64,000 nucleotides of DNA from Ramazzottius varieornatus (lineage: Eukaryota; Animalia; Tardigrada): positions 62,001 through 126,000 of the forward strand of contig BDGG01000002.1 of NCBI GenBank assembly GCA_001949185.1. Direction: 5' to 3'. Position numbers and translations under genes: made by a program. The notes under the pieces are model-generated. The model worked only from the letters and a program-made list of their open reading frames with translations, ran no database searches and was not told the origin of the DNA. Shown here one piece after another: positions 1 to 11,585 of this stretch (positions within the stretch are counted from its first letter, which is position 1; each line of letters opens with the position of its first letter).

Positions 1-991
<991 letters not shown>

Positions 992-1483
992 CTTGGCGAG
1001 GTGCTTGTACCGGTCCGCTAAATCGATTCCCTCAGAGTGATGATCAGCCTTCATTAAACACGGCCAACAACTGGGGGAACGCGCGCTCACGCTGGAGAAG
1101 AAATCAAGAATGGAGAAATCATTTGCGGCTTACGAATTACGAAATTACAAAAAAATTTTAACGGACGTAAACAAGCCTTGGGCGGTGCTAAAATGTTTTC
1201 CCAATACTAAGAACCGAATGTTCAAAGTACGAGTTTTAATTCGTTCAAAAAGCTTCAAGGCGGTCCGCTTCTCATTCTCATTGAAATGGAAAGTCGTGGG
1301 GTACAATCAGATAGCGACCCCACAGGCTCGTCGCATGACACCCCGCAACGCGATCACTCACCATCAGTTCCAACTCGCGCAATCAACGAGCGTTTGATTG
1401 ATTGCTCCTGATCGGTAGAATTTTCGGCTCATGAACTTTTTCGGGGTCCTCTTCACATCATTTGATTCATTTTCCACAGTTTA

Positions 1484-1530
1484 GTCTTCCTTCTCATCTT
1501 TATCTCTTCATATCCTCGTTCCCGTTCACT
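1484..1530 (+). promoter_or_regulatory. Pyrimidine tract upstream of RPL22 ATG (possible 5'TOP element) within head-to-head PRPS/RPL22 promoter
   Basis: gtcttccttctcatctttatctcttc just upstream of ATG 1542; typical of ribosomal protein mRNAs. Confidence 0.4.
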
Positions 1531-1541
1531 TCAGCCCCACC

Positions 1542-2623
1542 ATGTCGGCCAAACCCGTAAGTCCAAACCTGTTATTCCACCGTGGAAGTTATTCCTCAGT
1601 GAGTGTTTTTGCAGAAGTCTGATGCCAAAAGCAAGTCCAACAAGGGACAAGGTGAGAAAGGTGCTGCTAAGCCTAAAGATGCCACGTTGAACCAGGCTGG
1701 AAGTGCTGCCGCCAAGCAACCTGCCCCTGCCAAGGCACCAACCTCCTCCAAGGCTCCAGCCCCTGCTCCAGCCCCTGCTCCAGCCGCTGCCCAAGCCGTC
1801 AAGAAGAAGGGATCGGACCAGGCAGCCGCAGGTGCCAAGCAAGCCAAGTCGGAGAAGCCAGCGACGGCTGCTGTCCAACAAGCTGCCGGCGGACCTCCTC
1901 AGGCTCAGGCTCAGGCCCAGGCTCAGGCTCAGGCCCAAGCCCAGGCACCAGCTTCCGATGCCGCTCCTGCTGCACCCAAGGAGAAGAAGGCCAAGACGGA
2001 GAAGAAAGCGGTGAAGAAGGATCAGATCAGGAAGAAGAAGGTGGCCAAGCCTCAGCAGAAGAAGGGCAAGAAGAAGAAGAGCCTCAAGCGCTTTACCATC
2101 GATTGCAGCCATCCAGTGGAAGATGGCATTTTGGAGCCAGCTGACTTTGTAAGTCGTCGCTTGATTGATACGTTAGTCGTCTCGTCGTTTCATGTTGTAT
2201 TCTTGCCTGCAGCCTTCCTGCCGGCAACAAGCCCCTTATGAGTACTGTTTGATTTCAGGAACAGTTCTTGAGGGAAAGGATCAAGGTTTTAGGCAAGACG
2301 GGAAACCTGGGAAAGTCTGTTTCGGTTGAGAAGTTGGCTGGAAAGAACCACATCGTCGTCAATGCTGACATTGCCTTCTCCAAACGGTATTCACTTATTC
2401 GCTCGTACTCTCCTCTTCTCTCCTCTGGTCTGTGACATTTGAGCACTGAAGTCATGGTTGTGGGGTTTGTTTCAGGTATCTGAAGTATTTGACAAAGAAG
2501 TACTTGAAGAAGAACAATCTGCGTGACTGGCTGCGTGTGGTGGCATCTGGAGCTGACAAGTACGAGCTGAGGTACTTCCAGATCGGCAATGATGAGGATA
2601 ACGAAAAGGAAGATGCCGAGTAA
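1542..2623 (+). CDS. RPL22: 60S ribosomal protein L22 with long Ala/Lys/Pro/Gln-rich N-terminal extension; exons ~1542-1556, 1615-2148, 2259-2386, 2476-2623
   Basis: C-terminal L22e domain: [68 protein letters not shown]. Confidence 0.96.
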
Positions 2624-3294
2624 ATGTTTCTCTTGGAAGATGAACAGTGTTCTTTGTCTCTTCAACGCTTTGAGAAGTAAAAGGAAGAAGGCCATGTGTG
2701 GTTGCTGGACCGACCGAAGTTGAAGGGAAACACCAGCAGTGGGTTAGCTTCCCACTTCAAACTAGCCAGAGCCGGTGATCGGCCCGAGAGTTCACTTCTC
2801 TCGTAAAAGATCGTGTTTGACTGTCGCTTCGATCTTGTCCTTGCGTTGCAGTGGCTCAGGGAAGTGAGTGGTCACGCCGAACCTTCCTTGAGTCGCTCTG
2901 AAGCAAGGCTTGACATGAACCTATTCTTTTCCCAGCCGAGCAAAATTGGTTATGCTCTGCTGACCGCTTTGGTCCGTTGGTCGACGTACGCGCTCAAAAA
3001 GTCCTGGGGACTGCTGACGAATGGTGTCTTCTCGAACCCAGGTACTGTCGAAGTTTGGAAGGTGTGGTAAGATTATTTGCTCAACTCTGCTGCGTAAGCT
3101 TAGTGAGTGGGCTCATTCAAACTGTGGTGTGTCATGGCGCATGACGTCAAGGAGCTATGGTGCTACGGTATGGATGTTCGCATTGGTCTCTTAACGTATT
3201 GCGCAGCCGGAAGTAAGGATACACAGCTCTATCATCGTATATTTACTGATCGATCTTTTGACTTGTATCGTCTTTACACGGTAACTGGCGTATG

Positions 3295-4335
3295 TTATCT
3301 GGTGGTGGGGGTTTTGACAATGTACTTGCGGAAGATGCCAATATTGGGGCTTCGCGGCCAGAGGTTAGGATACCACAAACGGTAAGTCAGAAACCAGCAG
3401 GACACGGCCAGCAGGCAGGCCGCACTCTTTTGAGCCAAGTTTTGGTAGAAAAGTGAATTGATGATGAGCATGGCATCCCAAAGCAGGCACATGATGGTCA
3501 TCATGAAAAAAAGTATTTTGATAGTTAGACTCAAGTCGCGATAGGTCTTTCTGGCAAAGGCCACGTTTCGTTCAGATTGCTCCGGCGACAGCATGGTGTT
3601 CATGGGGTCCCTCCTCAGTCCGGCATCCAGCGTTTCCCATCTGGCAAAGACCTGAGACTCTTCCATGATGACCAAGGAGAAGTAGATGAGGAAGAAGGTC
3701 TCGTCAGAGATTTCGAACGACAACCAACGATGTCCTTGGCTCAAGCAACGCTTCTGGCTCTTGTATTCTTCGTCCGAACAGAAGCCAGAATAGCCATGGA
3801 TGAAGGTAATGAGGAAATTTACGCCTTGAAAGACACTGTACATCACCAGCAGTCTAGTCAGTTGTCGTAGGATGGCTCTGGCTTTGCCGCTGGAGTAAAA
3901 GTAGGAGGTGGCGGTGACGAAGAAGAAAAGGATAGCCAAGGTCCACCATTGGGCATACTGGACGAAGAGGACGCTAAAAATGTTGCCGGGCTTGGCCAGA
4001 TAGGTGACGTAGCCTTTCTTTCTGCCCAAATGCAGCAAGTCGCTGAGTGCAGAAAAGAGGAAGACCATGATGAGGTACAGGATAGCTTTGAAGGTGCTGG
4101 GGAAATGTAGAATCAGCTTGCAGACGTGGATGACCACCATGAAGAAGAAGGAGAAGACGGATGCCGGAGGCGGAAGTTCAACCTTGGTTGAGGCTCGCCG
4201 AGCATACTGTTCTCCAATGGAGGCAGGCTTGCTCCGGGTGGACCGAGTTGTACCGGAACGGGAGAAGGCAGTGTCGGGGATGGTCGTGGATGGAACAGAG
4301 CGGCGATATGGCTGGATAGATCGACTGGCCATCAT
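3295..4335 (-). CDS. FITM2: Fat storage-inducing transmembrane protein (FITM2/Scs3p family), single exon, catalytic His residues replaced
   Basis: Multi-TM ORF with N(I)FSVLFVQYAQWWT, Cys loop (GFCS..KRCLSQGHRW), FEISDETFFLIY..IMEE, LLWDAMLI..LFYQ..QK, WFLTYRLWYP matching FIT family layout. Confidence 0.85.
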   Translation of the reverse strand: MMASRSIQPYRRSVPSTTIPDTAFSRSGTTRSTRSKPASIGEQYARRASTKVELPPPASVFSFFFMVVIHVCKLILHFPSTFKAILYLIMVFLFSALSDLLHLGRKKGYVTYLAKPGNIFSVLFVQYAQWWTLAILFFFVTATSYFYSSGKARAILRQLTRLLVMYSVFQGVNFLITFIHGYSGFCSDEEYKSQKRCLSQGHRWLSFEISDETFFLIYFSLVIMEESQVFARWETLDAGLRRDPMNTMLSPEQSERNVAFARKTYRDLSLTIKILFFMMTIMCLLWDAMLIINSLFYQNLAQKSAACLLAVSCWFLTYRLWYPNLWPRSPNIGIFRKYIVKTPTTR

Positions 4336-5582
4336 GGAAACCTTCCACTGCACAACGACAATGTCTCAGCATCCCCAGGAAAAGACATTCATACAAATTG
4401 CCGAGGCTAACTTCTTCAACCTGCTTTCTGTCGAACCTTCAGTGAATGGGGGGAATAAACCTGATCGTGACGTTGTGTACGCTCTGGCTTTCACGGATGA
4501 GTTCAACAGGCTTAGTTAGCGTCGCCGAGCAAACGGTGTCGGATAGATTAATTTTGCACGTCTGGCACAGTGCACAGTTCTATTTTTAATTTTTGTCCAC
4601 TGCCTGCTCGGAAGACACCCGTCAAATGCTCTTGTTGCGCAGACAGAACGCGGCAGCCTCAGCGTCACTGTGCAGAAACCACGGAGCGCAGATAAAGCTA
4701 CTCTGAATTAATCTCATACATAAAATTCATTAAACTAACACAGTGAAGGTCGCCATAATTATTCAGATTCAAGCGGAGGAACGAGAGTACCCAATACTAA
4801 AAACGAAGACACTCCACGAAAAATTACGAGCGCTTCCGTCAGATGCTTCCGTCAAAGTCGAGTGCTTCCGTTGTACGGTACAGTGATCACTGTAGCGCAG
4901 AAAGCAGCAATTCTTGTACTGTATACTCCCGAAATTCACGTACGTCGCTCCATTCAGAGTGTAAAACTAGAGAAAGAGTTCTCATATGGTGACCATAACA
5001 GTCTGAATCACATTGACGTCATCAGAACTAATCAAGCAAATCAATCGTATACTATAAACTTGTTAGATTCCGCTATATAACTCACTTAAGCACGAAATTC
5101 CGCCGACTGCTTTGTTTTTCTCGTCTGGCTTTAGCGAAACTTGGTAACATCTGCCTCAATGGTCTTCATTGTACTTTTACTCTAACACGGTAATAATGGG
5201 CAAGCTGAAGAATCGAGAACCTGAAGAATCAAGAACAAGCTGAAGAATCGGTTTTCATATAAATAATCGGTAATTACGTCATGGAATGACGTCAGTTTGT
5301 TTTCTCCACGGTAAGACCCTAATGGTTTGAGAGTCAGTGACGTACGTGAATTTCGGGAGCATACAGTAGGAAACAGTGAGGGAAATGCGGTCTGGGAAAG
5401 TGGCAATACTGCACAGTCAGGGACTTCCATGGAGTGATGACGGCAGTCCAAGCCTCGTTCCAGCCTTCACCTCTTCACCTTCAAGTCTGCAACCCAACTT
5501 AAAGCTGCGATCAGAAAACAAGTGGACAAGATCCGATTGTGACCGACCGAGAGACGTCCTGTAGACAGGTTGAGAGGAGCTA

Positions 5583-6165
5583 AAGTTGTAAATTCCTAAT
5601 TCCATTCCTTTCCAAATTCCGTTCCATTCCTGGAATTCCGTTCCGTTCTGAGGGGTAGCCGTTCGGAACGGTGGAATTCCTATTTGGAAAACTAGCAAAA
5701 ATCGGAGAAATTTAGGAATTCCACGAGGTAAACAGTCGAAGATCCAGCAGATCCTGTCGAAAAACTGAACCCGATGCTGGCTCACACATACGTACCACTA
5801 AGACCAATTGGTCGTTCAGCTGAACGACCAATAGCATTTTCGATCCGTCGCACTAAAGTATGCGGCGCATTCAGCTGTGCGTAAGACGTTGATTTTCCCT
5901 TGGACTTTCAGGTCCGACAAGACCGAAAGTTCGGATCGGTCAATCTCCAGCTGGCTTTCAGTCTCAAAATCAATATTTGTTGATGACTTCAGATCATGTT
6001 TACTGTTTTAGATGGGTATGTAAAAAGAACTAAACTGGCAAATGGGACTTTGGAATTCCGGATTTTTGCGAGGACATTCTGGAGTAGGAAATAGGAATAT
6101 AGGAATATTAGGAATTCCTTTCCTATTTTCCATTCCAAGGGCATTCGGCCTGGAATTTACAACCT
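5583..6165. mobile_element. MITE with GGAAT/ATTCC-rich subterminal repeats
   Basis: TIR aagttgtaaattcc ... ggaatttacaacct flanked by TA on both sides; no coding capacity. Confidence 0.65.
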
Positions 6166-7340
6166 TAAGAGGAGCCACCTTTATATGGCCGGTGGCCCTG
6201 GCTGGTGACGAGCTTCGGGTACTGTGTTACCTCCGATAATTTATGTACGTCACTGATACGTTTTCTACAAAAACTTACATGCTGAGTTTGCGATAGCCGA
6301 CTTGCCGAAGAGGCTATGACGTCCCTGGAGTCAATCAAGAAGGTGAATCAATCGCGCAAAGCTGTAGCGACTCATGTCCGATACTGGTACTGGTGAATCA
6401 GCTGTTCAGTCAAAGGCTTCTATGACAAACTGGACCATAGCACTTCCGGCGGTTATCTGATGTGTTTACTCTAAAAAGAACTGAAATGACGTACTCCATT
6501 GACGTAGAAGAGATTTCGGCTTGATTTACCGCAAACTTCATTGCAAGAGAGATAGCTGTGACGTATATAAATTATCGGAGGTAATACAGTACAGACTTTC
6601 TTCCTTCCATCGGACCTCTTCTCTGGGGCCGCCACAGGCAACCGCTAAGGCTGATCGGAAAACTAACCCTTGCGTACAAAGGTGAGCGTACCCGTGCACT
6701 ACCGCGTCTACCGCAGCCGAAAGTGCTGCTAAAAGGACGGCATTTCCTGGCCACCATGCGGCATATAATGTCTGCTTCGAAGCAGATCTAGTCACGGTAC
6801 AGACACTGAGCTCGAGAGCCGTGGACACGTCGCGGATGTTGTCTCATCTTCTGGTAGGTGGCCAATCTGCCCACATAGTGCCTGACACTTGGGCGCCGTG
6901 CTGGGCCTTGCAACTTCCGGAATCTAGCACCGTCGTGGCTGTACCAACCGTCATCCCCTGAAAGACACAACATGACCCCACCTCGAAAGCCCACCTTTTG
7001 AGCCAGTACTGACTACAGACATCAAGTTGCTACCGCCAGATGAAAGTCCCACTGTAGCTAAGATGAGTTGCAACGTCAGTCATAAGCGCAGCAGCTGATC
7101 AGAACTTTGAATAGTTGGGCAGCCACCCTGCTTCCCAAAGCCAGCCAACCGTTACTTCGATTACGCTATTTCTCGAAATAACGTGAGCTCCGGAAAGCAA
7201 AATGTAGTTATACGTCACGAAAGGGGCGGAGCAAGGCCGTAGCTACAGTTACAAAGTGAACGGGAGTGGCAACTTAATCTCTATGTTATAACAATTACAA
7301 GCAACAATCAGCTGTAAAGCTGCTGAATGGCACCTACTGC

Positions 7341-7366
7341 CAGAGACTAGACCCCTCTAGTCTCTG
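7341..7366. mobile_element. 26-bp hairpin mini-element with 7-bp target site duplication
   Basis: ctactgc|cagagactaga-cccc-tctagtctctg|ctactgc. Confidence 0.7.
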
Positions 7367-9153
7367 CTACTGCAGCGTTGGACGGATGGTTTAGCCAGCC
7401 TAATATCGAAAATAACGCAGTTGTCTCGTGCGACCTGCCACAAGCCGCTTGAACTGGCAACTCGGTCATGCGTACGGAAATCCTATCTTCACTACTTAAG
7501 AGACCCAGTGCTCAAACAACATTCGATGAGGTTTTTCAAGATTGAAAAATACTGATCGATCGTTTGACGGAATTAAGTTCGGGCTGTACTTGATCTCGGA
7601 GTGCCGTTCTGTGCTATCGGTGCTTCACTGTCTAGATCGTCCGTCCAACGCTGGGACCTAGTGGGGCAGTAGTGGCAGGCTTTAGCGGCGAACTCGTTCG
7701 TCATTCCCCCCTACGCCGAATCCACGGATCGGCTAGGACCGCAAATGGTGGAAAAACGACCACCCTAAATGGCTCTGATATACAAGAGGTGGAAATTCCC
7801 ATCCTGGAAGAACAGGGTGGGAACGTCAGGATTGAAGCTGGGAGCAAGGGTCAGGGTGGAGTTACCGGTTTTCCGTGACACCATACCCGGAAATCACAGG
7901 TTTTAAACGTTCTCGGTTTCTGTTCAAGGGTCCCTGGTTAACCACCTTATTTGTACCAATGTACCCTATGGAGTAGCATTCCCTCCAATCTCGGCCACAC
8001 ACCGTTAGCCAGTGCAATCCTGGCCTGCTAGGAGGAGCACTCTATGACATCAGTATGACGAAAATGACAGAAGATATCAGTTCGACGTTCGCCGTTACTG
8101 AAATTCCCTACGGCGGTCCAAATTTTGAGCCGGTAGGGATGCATTGTGAACACTGTACAGTAACCCACGGCGATTCAAGAATATTAGATCCTTTAAAAAT
8201 TTTTACTGCACGGATTACGCAAACACGGTCGCAGTGTCTCGGTAGTATTATTTCGGTTCCGCAGTCATCAGACAAGGTTCAGTGGAGGACGATACGCAGT
8301 ATTGCAAACAAGTAGCTATACGTATCACAGCTTTGTAACTCGACAACCAGCACGGCTTCCATTTATTGATCGCATTAAAATTTTCGACGCTTTACTGGCG
8401 CAACGCCGGGTCTCTCAGCCCACAAGATCAAAATTAGCATAAAACCATCATACCATTTCATATCCTTTTGGCTGGCAATTTTTGGTCAATATTCAGGTTC
8501 GGCTGGTGTACAATAGCACGGAAAAAAGTTGTGGTTAGCCTTGTTCTCAAGGCGCAGATGTTTCGGAGAAAGTTAGAAGCACCAGTGCGGTACATCGTCA
8601 CGATCGTAGGCGTTGGAATCGATAGGAAAGGGTGGAAAGTATTCCACTGGTCCTGCGGCCGGCAGTTTTTCCTCTGCCTTCCCTACAGAGCAGTTCGTCA
8701 TGTAGCTTCAGTAACGCGTTTGAACCGTGAATTGTACCACTTGGTCAAACTGGCTGACTGTGTGAAGCATCCATTATTTGATTCCTCTCCTGTCCAGCGA
8801 AAACCGCAATAATGCCCGCCGTGCGGCGGCCAAATTTTTATGATTTGTTCGTCAAGACAAAACTAGGGCTACCCTTGAGTAACCCAAAACAATTTGCAAC
8901 TTGACACACCGCTGATCGTTGCTCTCCTGGTTTCGCGTTCGCATACTTCAAATCTATGTCAAGATATCTGTTTTATACCTGAACCCAATGAGAGAAAGTT
9001 TCATCTGCAGCAACTACGCAAAACCATGTCGCTGTCTGGAGTTTCGCTATTTTCTGAACGCTCCCAAAACTAGTGCTCAGCAGGAAGAGGGGAGCGAATG
9101 AGGAGTGCACTTCTTGCATTTACTTCAGAAGGGAACAGAGCTATGGCTGTGCA

Positions 9154-9446
9154 AAGCGCTGGCAAATATACGATAATATTCGACACGATATTTTTCGGTA
9201 CAATATCGGCGGATACTTTATCGCGGTCTTCGATATTCATTCGATATCAATATTTCGATACCATATTTTTCCGTTATCGTATTTTCGATGTATCGTATCA
9301 TATTGCTGCGATACATCGAAAATACGGTAACGAAAAAATATCGTATCGAAATATCGGTATCGAATGAATATCGAAGACCGCGATAAAGTATCCGCCGATG
9401 TCGTACCAAAAATATCGTATCGAATATTATCGTATTTTCTCCACTG
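9154..9446. repeat. Palindromic MITE-derived repeat (CGATA-rich family, related to 20907-21523)
   Basis: ~95-bp inverted arms (tacgataatattcga..gatactttatcgcggtcttcgatattcattcgata / tatcgaatgaatatcgaagaccgcgataaagtatc..tcgaatattatcgta); similar to 21350-21520. Confidence 0.85.
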
Positions 9447-9819
9447 GGCAGTGCCAATTCTTTTTCACTCAGTGCCATCTTGCGCAAGCGCATCGTTCTG
9501 ATGGGCTATGACTCGTGATGCACAGCTCTGACTGGGTGCGCACTGTGTCATAGGCTGCGCGACTTGAGAACTTTGCCTTCCGTCAAGCAGAAATCGCAAC
9601 TCGGACTGTACTGGACAGCATTGCCGGTGGAAAAAGGATTGTACTACCGCCTTGCTTGCCGCGGTGCCTTTACTATTCCGGCACGCGCCAGTTTTGCCTG
9701 TTTGCGTGTGTTCGTAGAGAAACCAGTAACGGTGGCTCAGTTTCTTGTCCTCGGTGGTTATTCTGGTTGTTTAGTCAGGTGGAGAAAACTGTGGCACAAT
9801 TTACTATGTACTGGTGATC

Positions 9820-9990
9820 GAACAGTTGTTCGCAAACCGGTTCAAACCGGCGGTTTATGCGGTTTATTTAAATGGTCTGGTTTAAAATTTAGACAAAACC
9901 CCTTTTGGTTGTTTGTGGGAGAAACCATTTTCATTCAACCGGTTTGGCGTGCAAACCAGCACTTGAACCAACCAAACCATAAACAGCTCT
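9820..9990. repeat. AAACC/GGTTT-rich degenerate MITE-like repeat
   Basis: Many caaacc/ggtttg motifs in both orientations; ends not clearly defined. Confidence 0.4.
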
Positions 9991-10120
9991 AGCGGGTACT
10001 TCATCAAATTCACGAAACAGCCCTTTGGGATTGGTACGAAAACATGTACGCTGACAGTGACGCAGCGCGGGTGCCTCACGAAGCAACCCAGTAAGCGTTG
10101 AGTATCAAAGCAGTAAGCAC

Positions 10121-10830
10121 TAGACCTGAGGATGGTGTGGTCTCACCACACCACACCGAAAAAAACCAATCTTTTTGGTTTCGGTGTGCTTGACACACCA
10201 AATCGAAAAATTGGTGTCCGAGTCACACCGAATTGGCCGTTTCGGTGTCTAGGAACACCACATCACACCAAACCGAAAAACTTCTGGTGCACCAGTTTTA
10301 ATGAGCTAGTCAGCTAGCTTGGGCTAGATGAGTATCACAACTCGCTGTTTCGCCCCGTGGTTGATTCGAATAACTGTTGATTGTTTAAGCTGCGAAAATT
10401 TACCTGTGTGGAATGTTTTCTTCCGGATTCGTCTGTATTACATCTTTCCATCTTTCGACGGTGGTTTTCGCGTGCTGGTAAGGTCGTTACCAAGCCTAGA
10501 AGCTCACTAGATAGTACGACCGTGCAAGTTTCGATGTGTTTGAAATCTTGGTATTTTTTTGAGTTTCCTGCAGCGCAGTTCGATTTGTCGATGACGGATT
10601 AATAAATTGTGAATTCGCTCTTTGAAACTTTTTTCGGTTTTTCGATTTGGTTTGGTGTGGTCCACCGAAAGAGTGGTGTCCGATCCACACCACACCGGAA
10701 AAAGTGGTGTGGCTTTCGCACCGAAAAACCAGTTTCGGTGTGGAGAAGCACCGAAAAACCAGTTTCGGTGTGGAGAAGCACCGAACCGAATAACACCACA
10801 CCACACTTACTCACACTTTTCTCAGGTCTA
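10121..10830. mobile_element. hAT-type MITE
   Basis: TIR tagacctgag/ctcaggtcta, perfect 8-bp TSD gtaagcac (10113-10120, 10831-10838), CACAC/GGTGT subterminal repeats, internal 30-bp tandem duplication near 10719-10780. Confidence 0.93.
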
Positions 10831-11585
10831 GTAAGCACCGTGCTCCCTCGTGCGAAATACACATGCGCACACACATTCGTCCAATCAAGCGCCAAAACAC
10901 GCAAAAGTCCCGTAATGTGATACACACACGTCCGTTTCACTTCACTGTTGGCGCGATTCGAGTGATTTCAGTTGCCGGATTTTGCATTTCAATTATCAAT
11001 TATAATTTCTTATATTTCTCGAATTCTAATTCAATTCTCATTAATTAGTGAAATTGTCCAGCCTGGGATTTGCAATTTCAATTGTCGTATCGGAATTTCA
11101 AAACGGTCGTTTTTGGCCATTTTCAATTATCAATTATAATGATCGGAACAACACTGCTTTTCGACCTGCGGCCCAGGTCTCTAGACCACACCCTCCGCTG
11201 GGTCCCTCTGTTGGCACTTGACAGACGAGCATGACGTCAAATGATTCTAGAATCTCACCTATCTTCTTGGACGATCATAGGTGAATCCGGCCTCCCCGGT
11301 CGACAAATAAACCAGTCTAGCCTTTGATGAAGCCAGCGCATGACGTTCTACTGCTTCATCGCCGACAAAACATTCCTTTAACATTCCTTGATGATTTTTC
11401 TCTCTCTATAATCTATACTAGCTGACGGGACGGCAGACAGGCTGGACTGTCTGGCTGGCTTGTTGGAGCTCATCCAGTATACTCTGCAGGTACACAGTCT
11501 ATCGACGTGGATGTGGTGACAGGTGCTGACGGAAGTGAATTAGACCATCTTTTTGTTTGCCAGTTGTGGCCGCTGTCCTTAACAG

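Noticed and set aside
1531-2112. 193-aa Leu/Gly-rich minus ORF
   Set aside because: Antisense shadow of the low-complexity RPL22 extension
6538-6994. Minus-strand ORF fragments with a possible acceptor site
   Set aside because: In-frame stop and no recognisable domain; cannot support a gene call
9073-9493. Several Ile/Arg/Tyr-rich ORFs
   Set aside because: Translations of the CGATA-rich MITE
10496-10940. ORFs with repeated peptides and a CRISPR-like look
   Set aside because: 30-bp tandem duplication inside a hAT MITE; no spacers or cas genes; eukaryotic context
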